Source: Protoeuglena noctilucae (Eukaryota). From it: a DNA stretch of 64,000 bases. The stretch is from NCBI GenBank assembly GCA_958009085.1, contig OY253671.1:496001-560000 (forward strand). The letters run 5' to 3'. The notes beneath the pieces are model-generated. The model did no database searches. It was not told the DNA's origin and saw only the letters and a program-made list of their open reading frames with translations. The position numbers and the translations under genes are program-made. Shown here in pieces: positions 12,401-23,778 of this stretch. The stretch's first letter is position 1, and each line of letters starts with the position of its first letter.

Positions 12401-13392
12401 CAAGGCCACCTTCCATCGCTGCGGCACGTAAAAAGATAGAAGTGGGCGTGCAGTAAGCGCAGCGGCAGCGGAATGCCGATGGCAGGCTGGGTTCGACCCC
12501 ACACATGGGCCGCTGTGGGCACGTCTTTGCAAACAAACCCGGCAAGCGCAGGAAAACCTCGCAGGTGGAGCCCGGCGCACCTTCGTGAGGAACCAGAGCC
12601 GGTCCCGTGTCACAGGGATCATGTTGCCGTATGCCTCTCTCCCAAGCACCTCCCGCTGCCACCCTGGGAGCAGCTCGTTCAGCCCCCGGGGGTCCATGAT
12701 GGCGCCCGAGATCGTGTGCGCGCCCAGCGCGGCCGCCTTCTCCACCACGCACACAGATATAGGCCGCTTGACCTGAGAAACAAAGGGAGACGGTGGCAGG
12801 GGCTGTGCTCATGGGTACCACGGGCCCGGCACAAAGAGAGCGCTGCGGCACAAGGCGAGTCGACATGTACCACGCCATGCACCTGCGCCGCGAGTTGCTT
12901 GAGCCGGATGGCAGCTGCCAACCCTGCAGGCCCAGCACCGACAATGCAGACGTCGAACTCCAGGACCTGGTCCCCACCCTCTACGACCCGCAGCTCATCC
13001 TCGTGCCCGTCGAAGCGATGGGACCGGACGCCGAACGGCGCCCCGCTGACGTGCCTGTATCCCTCCCCCGGGCTGTCGTGGTGGCTGCAGAAGGCGCAGA
13101 GGGGCCCCGGCATCACGATCAGCTCCTGCGGCGCGATGTGCGTGCGCGGATTGGGTATGGCGTCGAGCACCCATCTCACCGAGGGACGGGGTAGTCGGGA
13201 GCCCACGATCCAAATCCACGCGGTCCGGGCTGGGCCGCAGCACCCGACGTCACGTGGGGGCACAAGCCCAGCCTCCGCGAGCGGTGCAGAGAGGTCAGGG
13301 CCGACCCGAGCCAGCGCCTGCTGCTCATAAAGCTCCTCCTTCAAGCGCCCATCGCCAGCGGCGTGCCGTCGCGTCCCTCGGGTGGCAATCAA
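9494..13392 (-). CDS. ETFQO: Electron-transfer flavoprotein:ubiquinone oxidoreductase (mitochondrial); 5' end uncertain, possibly extending to an ATG at ~13654
   Basis: FAD motif [62 protein letters not shown] and [10 protein letters not shown]. 4Fe-4S ligands in YCPAGVFEY...[13 protein letters not shown]...PEGGGGPNY. Confidence 0.95.
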
Positions 13393-14402
13393 TCGTCCCA
13401 GCGCGTCGAGGGGCAGGAGGGCCTCTCGAGGGGCTCAGGGGGGCTGTTCTCGGCCCCAGCAGGACGACGTGCGATGAAGCCGCCGATGGTGGGGATTCCT
13501 CGCCTCAAATTTCCCCAGGAAAGCAAGCCAGGGAAAAGTTCGTTACGAAGGAATTCGAGGGCTCCCTGTGCGAAAGTCCTCTCAGCTGTGCACATCGAAA
13601 CTCTTTGTGCCGTTGGCGGAGAAAGGCTCGGTGCTGGTCAGGCCTGCTCAGCATTTTGTCAGTCAGTGTCGGTGTCGCGCTTGGGGGACGTCTCCCCCGC
13701 GTGCGCGGTCTCCTCACGCGAATTCCGACCTTGGCACGTGCTGGCGACGCGCAGGGGCTGCGGACGGCTGGCGCTCGGCGTCGGGCTTTCAAAAGCGCTG
13801 CTGACAACAGCTGGTCCCGGACGGCTCCCCGGCCAGCATGCGCCTGTAGGATACAACGTCCCTGAGAATCTCTCATTGCAATCGCGGGTCCCTGAGTCGG
13901 CCGGGACCCATGAAAGCTGCCGCGGGGACGGAGGCGTGGCCCGTCCCGCCCGGCGACCATGCCAACGACGAGAACCAAGCTTTGGCGGGCTGGGAGGTGA
14001 GCCATGTGGTTTGAAGTACATATGTGCGTGTCGACGGCCCGCGCATCCGCGGGGCCGCCCACCAGAGCCGTCGATGCACGTTGTCAGCCAGTGACGACCC
14101 CAGATGCCCGCGTCGCGTTCCGCTGCGCGCCCATACGCCAACGAACGCACAGTCCTCGCGCTCACCCGTCGCAGAGGCCGTCGAAGCCGGCTTTGGCCGT
14201 CGCGCTGCCCTCCTCGCCATCCGTGAGCGGCAAGAGGGTGAGCCCGCGCCGTCCCAGCTGTCACCGCGCGGTTGCGGGTCGCGCCGGTTCAAAAAGCCGG
14301 CTCAAGCCGGCTCAAAAAGCCGGAGAGTCTGTCGTGAGCAAATCGTCCCCGCCCTTCACTCCGCAGGTGCCTCTCGCGGCGGTGGACAACTTGCCCGAAT
14401 TG

Positions 14403-17400
14403 ATGGGCAACCCCTTCATCCAGACTCCTGCTGGGTCTGGGGCAGCGGAGGGGTTGGGCAGCCGCGGCGACGGCCAAGGAGCGATCTCGAGGAACTGGAG
14501 TCTCCCGCGGAGCGTCCCGGGCTTCTGGGCGGCCACCCCCGGGGCCGAGGCCGGGGACGTGACCGCGCGCGACCCCACAGCGCACGGTCGGGGTGGGTCG
14601 CGCTCTGAGGAGGACCAGAGCCTGGAGGATTCCGGGTTGATATCGGCGACGCTCCTGCAGCGCCTGCCGGGGGAGGCGTCCCTGGCTGCGACGGTCCCCG
14701 TGTTCCTGACGTCGCCACTGGCAAGGAACCCGTCCTTGGGCGGTCTGGCCCTGGACCAGGCAGAGGAAGACGGGGGCATGGGCCACCATGAAGCCATGCG
14801 CGAGGGCGCCGACGGTGCCCGTGGCAGTCTGCCTTGGAGCGTGGAGCCCAGAGAGGCGAGGGGTGCAGAGAGCGACGATGATGGGGTGGAGGGAGATGGG
14901 GTGGAGGGTGCGGCTGGCGTCTCACGGGAGGGAGAGGAGGTCGGCGAGAGTCCGTACGGCCCGCGTGTGCGCGACGCTCGGTCTTTAACGCCAGACCTGG
15001 GTGCGGCGGCGCGGGCGGTTGCCGGTGCTGATGGGTCGCCCAGGGATGGCACGCCGCAGATTGGGGCGGCCGCTGCTGGGACGGCGGGCGGCGAACTTCT
15101 GGCGGTGACGCCCGCCGAGGCAGGCGGCCCGGTCGCGGCCGACAGGCAGATGCCCAAGCCAGCTGGTGGCGCGGGCGCCGTGGCAACCCCACCCGCCGCA
15201 GTCACCGTGTCTCCCCTCCAGCAGGAAATGGTATTGGGCCAGAGTGAGTGCCCCGCTTCTGTCCCGACACGTGCTGCCGACTCCCGCTGCACCCGTCCCC
15301 ACGCTCACCGTCACACGTCATATCGCCCCTGCCACGCAGGTCCCTTCTGGACACCCCTCTACCCCGCCTCATCGACGCCTGCGGGCGGGGACGGGAACCC
15401 GTCGCTAGCTGCTGCGCCGCAGTCCACCCCGGGATCGGAGCAGCAGACCCCGCAGCAGTTCAGCAACCCGCTCTTTGCCGCCTGCCTCGGCTCGGGGTCC
15501 GCGGCGAACACCCCGCCCTCCACGGCGCCGTCTCGCGCGGATGCCCCCTCTGACGCCTTTCTCGAGGAGGTCGGGATGCTGAAGATGGAGGTCTCCAAGC
15601 TCAAGCAGGTGAGCTGGGGTTGGACCAAAGGACACCAAAGGCCTGGCTCCTGACATGCGCGCTGGCCGCCACTCGCCGCGCCTCGTCGGTCCCCGCAGGC
15701 GTGTGAGGCCAAGGAACGCACGCTGCTCCGAACGGCCGACCAGCTGCTGCAGCTGACCCCCGCCGCAAGCCGCCGGGTGTCACGCACGCCCCCACTGTCA
15801 GATGTGGGCGCGGACCTGGCAGAGGCCCTGGACGCGGTGCGCCGCGAGCTGGAGTCGGCTCAGCATCAGTGCCGCGCCGCCGAAGCCGAGCGAGACAGGG
15901 CGCTGGGGCAGGCCTCAGAGGCTCTGGGGGCCAAGCGAGAGGCGGAACGGGAGGCGGGGCGGCTGCGGGAGGCGTTAGAGGCTGCCGAGGGGGCGCGGGA
16001 GAGGGCCGAGGACGACGCGGCTGCCCGCGTGGCTGCCCTGGAGGCACGGTGTGCGGCGCTGGAGGCCGACACAGCCGCCCGGGCGCAGGCGACCGCATCG
16101 GGAGCGGCAGTCACGGGCCCTGAAGCGGCGAGCGTGCGTGGGAGCGGGGATCTCGTAAATGAGATCCGGGAGCTGGAGGAAGCGCTGCACGCGATGGCCG
16201 CACGGGCACTGGTGAGCGAGGCGGCAACGCAGACCGAGCGGAGCCGAGAGATGGGGCCCAGCGCACAGGACGAGTCGGGAGAGGACGAGGGAGAGGACGA
16301 GCGGAACTCGACTGGCGAGACGCCGCTGGCCAGGGCCGTCGTGCGCGTCACCCAGCTCCACGGGTGAGCGGTGATGGGCGAGTCGTGTGTAGCAGGGCAT
16401 GTCTCCCGCGGTTGCAAGGGCACTGGCGTCGGCATTACATCTTACCCGTCGTTTCTGTCTCCTAGGTTGAACCACTCGCTGATGGCGCGGCTGGCGAGGG
16501 AGTCGGAGCGGGCACAGGAGGCGACAGAGGAGGCGCAGCGGCTGAGGAAGGAGGTGGATCTGCTAGAGCGCCGGTTCGCGGCGCTGTCGGCGTCGGCCGA
16601 GCAGCGAAGCGGCGCGGGGGACACCGCGAGGGAGGGCGAGGGTCGCGGGGCCGACGCGCAGCACGTTCTCATGGCCGAGATGGAGAGGCAGCTGGAGGCA
16701 TCCTGCTCGCAGGTGGGGGCATGCAATCGTTGGCCAAGCATTGCTCCGGCCTATCTCTCGCTGTTCACATCGCGCCTCCTGACGCGCTCTTTGCCCTGAC
16801 ACCCTCCACAGGCGACGGAGCTGCAGACGCAGATTGCCACAGCGACGCTGCAGTTCCAATCGCTGGCAGCCGTCCTCGGGGCGAGCGAGCGGCCGCGGGG
16901 CGCGACGGTGGTGGACTTTGAAGGCATCCACGCGGCCGCCGCTGCTCTGAAGGCTCAGGTGGGGAGGCATCGTGTGAGCGAGGCGCTCTTGCGGATGCAG
17001 CACAGTCGAACGCGGCAATGAGTCGCTCACTTCGGGCGCAGGTGGCGGAGCTGCGGGCCGAGGCGCGTGGCAGCGATGCGGCGGCACGAGAGGCGCGGGC
17101 TAGGCTGGCGGCGACGGACGACCGCCACGCCCGGGCAGAGGCGCGGGCGGGCACGCTGCAGCGCGAGGTGGATGCTCTGCAGTCTGAGCTGCGTGAGGCA
17201 CAGAGGGCGGTCGCGGGGACCGGGGCGGCGCGGGGTGGGGCCACGGAGGCGCACGGCGGCACGGCCCTGGGGACCGAGGCTGCGGGGCCCGAGGATCGCG
17301 CAGTGCGGCTGTCCCTGGAGGACGCAAAGGCAGGGTGGAACCGGGAGCGAGCGCGCTGGGAGGCCGAGCGCACGGATCTGCGGGCCCGACTGGCGGAGGC

Positions 17401-20150
17401 GGAGAAGGCCGCGGCAGTGCGGGCAGAGGCGGCGGTGCGCGAGGCCGAGCGGCGGGCTGACCTGGAGAGGCGGGAGCTGCTGGGCCGGCTGGCGAGGATG
17501 GAGCTCGACCGCCGGGAGCTGGCGGCGGGGATGCGGCCGGCTAGGGCCCGCGGGGCGTCCGCGGCAGAGGCGATGGGCAGCAGGGACCGTGCCGTGGCGG
17601 GTGCGAGCGCCGTGGTGCCGCTGGTTGCCGCGGGCGGCGCGACCGAGGCGGGGCCGGAGGGCTTGGCGCGGCTGCAGGAGGACAACGCCGCGCTGCGGAA
17701 GCGCCTGGCTGCGGCTGCGAAGGAGTTCCGTGCGGTGGGGGAGGAGTTTGCGAGGACGGAGGCACGTGCCCAGGCGGAGTTGGCTGAGGCACGGGCGCGG
17801 GTGGGGGCCCTGGAGTCCGAGGCGCTCGAGCTGCGGCGCGTGGCGGCGGCTGCGGTGGCGGAGGCGGAGCGGCTGAAGGCATGGGGGGACGCAGCAGTGG
17901 CGGGGGCGGTGGAGGCGCGTGCGGCGGCCGAGGCATTGGCGGAGGAGGCAGAGAGGGAGCGGGAGGAGGCGTCGCAGTGGGCGGCGCAGGCGCAGGCGCG
18001 GTGCGCGCGGGCCGAGGCGGCGCTGGCAGAGGCGGAGGCGTCTCTAACGCAGTGCAAGGCACAGCTGGCCGAGGCACAGGCCAAGGGGAGAGGCGACCGG
18101 GGGGCCGAGAAGCTGGCAGCGCTCGTCAAGGAGCGCGACAGCCTCAAGCGCACGGTGGTGGCGCTGATCGCGAGGGTGGGCGGGGCGCATCTGGACGGGC
18201 CGGGCGCGGGGGCAGGGCCGGCACCCGTGCGAGCTGCGTCGGTGTCGAGTGCCCCCCGGGCCAAGCGTCCACGCGTGCGCAGCGCAAACTCGACCCCCGC
18301 GGCGTCGCCGCTGAGGGCTCCCTCAACGCGCGAGGGTACCCCGATTCGTGCGCCCGCGTCGCGAGCGGTGGCTGGGTGGGGCGCGGGGGCCGGCGGGGGC
18401 GCCAGCACGCAAGCGCGGGCGCTGATGCGGGCCCTGCAGGAGCGCGAGCGGCAACTGGAGGCGAGTCGGCGCTAAGCAGTGCCCTGGTGGGCCTGCCGTT
18501 GCGGTAGCGTCGCGCTGCCGGGTCGCGACCTTGTGATACCCTATGCCCGCAGAGGAGCGAGAGCCAGTCGCGTGAGAACACCGCAGCGGTGCGTGCGGCG
18601 CGCCAGGAGGCGGCGCGGCAGCGGGCGGCCGCCCACGAGCTCCGCGCCTCGGCGGCGGGTCTGACGGCCGCAAACGAGGTGCTGCGCAAGGAGGTGACTG
18701 ACTTGGAGGACAAGGTGGGCAGGCTGGCGACGCCTCGTGCAAGACATCAAGTGTTGACTGTCAGACATCACAACAGCACACCGGTGTCACGCCGGGCCGG
18801 TGTGGGCAGCTGACGGCGCCTGACGCCACCGCGACGGTTCTTTGCTGCCTCCGCCGCAGCAAAAGGCCGCCGAAGCGGCGCTGGCCCGGGCCGAGCACCG
18901 CGCGGCAGCCGCCGAGCGCGACCGCCAGGGCCTGCGGAGTCTGCTGGACCGGTTGACGGCGGAGCAGGCGGCGTTGGCGCAGGAGGCGGGGGCGAGGGCG
19001 GCGGAGGAGGGCGCGGCGCGGGCCGAGCACGAGAAGACGGTGCGGAGGCTGCGGGAGGCGGAGGAGGCGGCGGCGCGCAGGGTGGAAGAGGCGCGGACGG
19101 CGCAGGCGGCAGCGGAGGCGGCGAGGGACGCCGCGGAGCGGGCGCTGGCGACGGCGAGGGCGGAGGCGCGGTCGGCGTCGGAGGAGGCGCGGCTGGGGCG
19201 CGACCGAGCGGAGGTGCTCCAGCAGCGTCTCGCGGAGGCGCGGGAGCGGGCGCGCGAGGCGGACCGGCAGCGGGCGCGGGCGGAGCGGGCGGCGGAGCGC
19301 GAGGCGGAGGCTCAGGCGGAGGCGGAGTCCCTCCGCGCGGCGCTGCGGGCGGCGGAGCAGGAGGGCGAGGCGGCGGACGAGGCCCGCATCCGGTGCCGGT
19401 CTCTGGAGCGTGCGTTGGAGGACACGCGCGCGGAGATGGCGGCGCGGCTGGCAGAGGCGGCCGACGCCATCGAGCGGCTGACGGCCCGGGGGAGGCGGGA
19501 CGGCGACGGGACGCAGTGGCAGGGCATCGCGGAGGGGCTGGCGAGGGAGAAGGTCACGCTGCGCGCCCTGGCCGAGGGCGCCGTGGCCGCGTGCAGGGCC
19601 GCAGAGGTGCGCTGCAGACGATTGACTGGCGCGCTCAGCCATGGGCTGGCTGAGCCACGGGCTGACTTGGCCCCGAGGCTTGTTAGACATCAACAGTACT
19701 CGTGCAAAGGTCCCTTCACCCTATGCTGCGCAGGAGGGGGCCATGGAGTACGCCGCGGCAGTGCGGGAAATCCTGCAGCATGCGCACCGGGCGGGGCTGC
19801 AGCTCGGCATGGACCTGGGCCTGGGGCAGCGGTCAGCGCAGGGGCCATGGCCTGCAGAGGGCGACGACCCCGCGTGCAGCACAACACTGCGGGGCTGGGA
19901 AGGGCAGGGCACTGGCGGGGAGCCGTCAAAGCATGGCGCGGTCGATGTGGGGCAGTGGGTGCCCCGGGACCAGTACGACCGCTTGCTGAGCCTGGCCCAG
20001 GAGCACGCTGTGCGGCACAAGAAGTACAAGAGGAGGGCGATGGAGCTGGAGCGCGCGGCGGGTAGGGCGGGGGTGGGAGATGGCGACGTGGATGCCTCTG
20101 CGTGCCTTGCTGACTCTCCCGCCCCAGCTGCGTCTCCTGAGGCTCAGTGA
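14403..20150 (+). CDS. Large Ala/Glu/Arg-rich coiled-coil protein with a disordered N-terminus; function unknown, 5' end may lie further upstream
   Basis: A series of heptad-rich ORFs (15777-16367, 17018-18460, 18553-18714, 18860-19606) can be linked by in-phase introns, including a GC-AG intron at 18461-18552. Stop TGA at 20148-20150. Confidence 0.7.
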
Positions 20151-20421
20151 CGCTAGGCTCACACCTTGTGTTTCAAACTCCGAGTGACACCGCGTCACTG
20201 CCAATCAAAAGAGCTGGCAATAAGCAGAACCGTCGCGGCTGGCTTGGCCAAGCAAGCGTGCCTGACGAGCGTGACCTACGGGCGCTGTTGGCTGCGGATG
20301 GGCGACGTCGCGCGGCTGTGGAAGGGGCTGCGGGCAAGGGGAGATGGCCATTCGTTGCACCTGTCGAGAATATCGCTGTCCCATCTCGCAACAGCCCAGC
20401 AGTCGTGTCTGCCACCCCCGC

Positions 20422-23400
20422 TCACCTGTGCGTGCTGTCCTTGAGGTGCCACTTGAGCAGCGGCATGTAGATGCCCGGGTTGTCAAGGGAGTGCGTCGTG
20501 ACCACGAAACTGTCCGCGTCCGGGGCCACCGCCACGCGACCCACGTACTCGTCGCCAGGCCGCTTCTCCAGCAACTCAAACGCATAGCCCCCGGGCTCCC
20601 CGACCGCGACGCCGCCCACAGCGCCCGGCACGACCAGCTGGAAGTCGACGGGCGCGCCCTTACGCACCGCGACGCTCGGGAGTGGAGAGAGGAGGGTGCA
20701 CTTGGACCGCAGCCACTGGCTGTGGAAGTTGGGCAGCACGCGGCCGACGTCGGGGCCACCGTCGGGGGCAGACACGCGCACCATCATGACCTCCACGGCC
20801 GGTGAGCCGGCGGCAGAGGCCATAATGCGGATGCAGTAGTCCTTCCCGGCCTCCGGGAGCCGCGCCGTGACTTCCCACGTGACCATGGGCGCGTCCCTGT
20901 CGGTCCCGGGCGCCACCTCGGCGAAGATGTACGAGCCGGGGGGCACGCCGCGGGTGCCCGGGGGATGCGGCGTGACCTCCTGCATCCCGGGGAGCTCGAG
21001 GAGCTGGGGGAAGGGCGTGATGTGGCTCGGCATGGGCAGGCGGAGCGTGGCGGTCCCCGTCGGCGTCTCCGAGGGGACCTGGTCGGGGATCTGGATGCCC
21101 AGGGGGAAGAAGGCGGGCGCCAGCTGCGGCATGGCCCAGAAGCGCTCGACGGTGATGGGCTCGGGGAGCAGCTGCCAGCGCCGTGCGAGGGGCATGTGGG
21201 TGTAGATGAAGTGCTGAGGTCGCGTGAAGAAGTCCATGCGGGACCCGGGGATGGCGGCCCACGCCGCGTCGAGCAGCCGCCAAGTGCCGTTGGCGCGCAC
21301 GGCGTTCCAGACGTGGTTGGGCAGGCGCAGCTTGGCGCCGGGGATCGACCCCAGGGGCTTGATGAAGCCGTGGACCACGTGGGCCTGCGAGCGAGGGCAG
21401 GTCCGGTTTTGAATCTCTTCGGAACCTGCCATGCACACGACAGGCAGGATACCTGCTGGGATCAGCACTGGGCCAACCCCCACGGCCAACGGTCTTACCT
21501 GCATCCCGAACTGGATGAGGATGAGGGCCAGTAGCTTGGCCACTTTCTCGGCCCACGCTCCCTTGGTCGACCCGAGGATCTCCCCCTCCGCAGCCGCCAA
21601 ATGAGGCCGGAAGAGCGGCACTCTCGCGACCCATGCGTCCTCCCGGGGAGGCGCCTGGACCACGCTGCGGGCAGAAGAGGCAGGCGCGAGTGGGTCATCC
21701 AAGGGCTGGGAGCGGGCTGGTGCTGCGGGTACAAGCGGGCAGGCGCGAGTGGGTCACCGCACGTGGGAGAGCCGTGAACCCTTCTGCAACAATACCGTTA
21801 ATGTGGGGGTAACCTAGCCATAACCCACACAACCCAAACCCCAACTCGCCTGAGGACCCACGCGTAGGCCGCCCGCAGCAGTCGGACCTCGTCGTCCTTC
21901 GACAAATCCGCGAGGTACTCGCAGACGGCGTGCAGTCCGCGTAAGACCGTCTCTGCCGGGCAGGCGGCTGCGAGGACGTCCAGGCCCTCGTCCGTGGGGC
22001 CGGGGTCGTCGGCGCCCTGCAGCGTGACGCACACGGGCGCCACGGTGCCGCCGAAGTCGTCCAGCTCCCCCGAGGGTATCAGGCGCTTTCGGATGGCCTC
22101 CAGTTGCTCGATGTCCGCGCCCCGCGAGTTGGCCGCGAGGACCTTGTCCTCTGGGGCCACGGCCGCGCCGTCGAGCGTCGAGAGCTGCGGCAGGAGGTAG
22201 AGGACATGCCGCGAGAGGACCTCGAAGTCGCACAGGGGGTTGCCCTCGACGACCAGGCTCTGCAGGAGGCCCAGGGAGGTCAGCGGGACGAGGGCCTCCG
22301 GGGTCGCAAGGGCGTTGCGAGCCACGTCGAGGGAACGCAGCCGGGAGAGGGCGCCGATGGGCGCGACGGACGCCAGGGCGTTGCCCGAGACGTCGAGCCT
22401 CGTGAGGGCCGTGAGCTCCGCGAGGGGATCCAGGGCGGCCAGGCGGTTGTCCGCGAGGGAGAGGGACTCTAGGGACTCGCAGAGACCGTCCAGACCGTCG
22501 CAGAGGTCGAGGGCGTTGCGAGAGACATCCAGGTGTTGCAGGCATGGGAGGCTGCCGATGCCCTCTAAGGAGCGGAGGGCGTTGCCGCTCAGGTCCAGGG
22601 ACTGGAGCAGGCGCAGCGGGGAGAGGTCGCCCAGGGACGCGATGCTGTTGTCGGAGAAGCACGCCGAACGGAGCAGGCGGGGCGGAGGGTCGATCCCGGG
22701 CACCTCCGTCAGCGCGTTGCTGCGGAGAGTGGGTGTTATACAGTGGGTGCTGTACAGGAACCGCTCACCCAGGTCAACAAGCATGCAGCTAGCTCTAGCT
22801 GGCGCGGAGAGCGACGCTGGTCACCTGCTGACGTCGAGGGCGGTCAGGTGCGGCATGTTCTCCAGGCCGGCGAGACTCGTCAGACCCATCCGACGAAGGA
22901 TGACGTTCTGGAGATGCCGATGCTTTGCCAGCGCCTGGCAGTCCGCGGCGAGCTTGCCGTTCAGGCTCTGGGGGCATGGGCCACGATAACAGAGTCATGA
23001 ATGCTCCTGCACCGCGTCACGCGGGTCATGGGCGGCGCGCTTTGACCACAGAGAGATCGCTTACCAGTGTGAGATAAGCTGTGCGTTCTCCGGTGGCCGT
23101 GCGCCCCAACTGGGACAGGCCTGCCAAGACGTCTCGCGGCTCGAGCGGCCGTGGCTCCGCGTCCCCCATCTCCGCATCCTCCTCGTCGCCGTGCCTCTCC
23201 TGCGCACACTGAACATCGACAGCTTTCAGAAACGACGGTCACAGCTGCACACTGTGCGCCCGATGCCGCGGTGGCCCCCGGACATGCATGTCACCTCTGC
23301 GCCACCGCTTGCCGCAGTCTCGGCCTCGTCCTCCCGCGCCTGGTCCTCCTCGCATCTCACGCTTGCGGAGGACGCGTGCGACTTGGGGATGTCGATATAT

Positions 23401-23489
23401 GCGTGCTCCTCCACGCTCCCGAACCCCTGTCTGTCCAATGCCTCCCCGCCATCCCCGAACAGGGCGGCCTCCTGGTCCTCCCTCATCAT
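20422..23489 (-). CDS. LRR + transglutaminase-like (KY/hillarin-type) protein, FAP246/LRGUK-like flagellar central-apparatus candidate
   Basis: LRGUK-like N-terminus (LAGLSQLGRTATGERTAYLTL|SLN), about 8 LxxLDxSxNxL repeats and an LRRcap (LPQLSTLDG...EDKVLAAN). These are followed by NHVWNAVRANGTWRLLDAAW and FFTRPQHFIYTHMP...WQLL. Confidence 0.8.
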
Positions 23490-23778
23490 GCCCACCCTCC
23501 TTTCCCTCCTAAAAAAATGAGCCAGTCAACAAAACAAGTAATCGAAGCGTCCCCTTCTCACAAACCTTCGTTACAGGTATGCGCTCAACGTGTGCTACTC
23601 AGCGTCGAGGACGCCAGCACGCGACGTGGTGGGAGAGGCTGCCACTGCTGGGCATCCTGCACGCGTCTTCTGAAGCGCCAAAGCGCACTTTAGGTATGAC
23701 CCACCGCCAGTGCAGCTTGATTGATGCTCCGCTACGCCGCACTCGCTCCCCGTCACTTTGTTTCGCCGCAACATCACC

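Noticed and set aside
16765..18408. Long antisense ORFs (also 26295-27665, 34241-35302, 58466-61376)
   Set aside because: These are shadow ORFs expected from high GC and codon bias opposite real genes, with no recognisable motifs.
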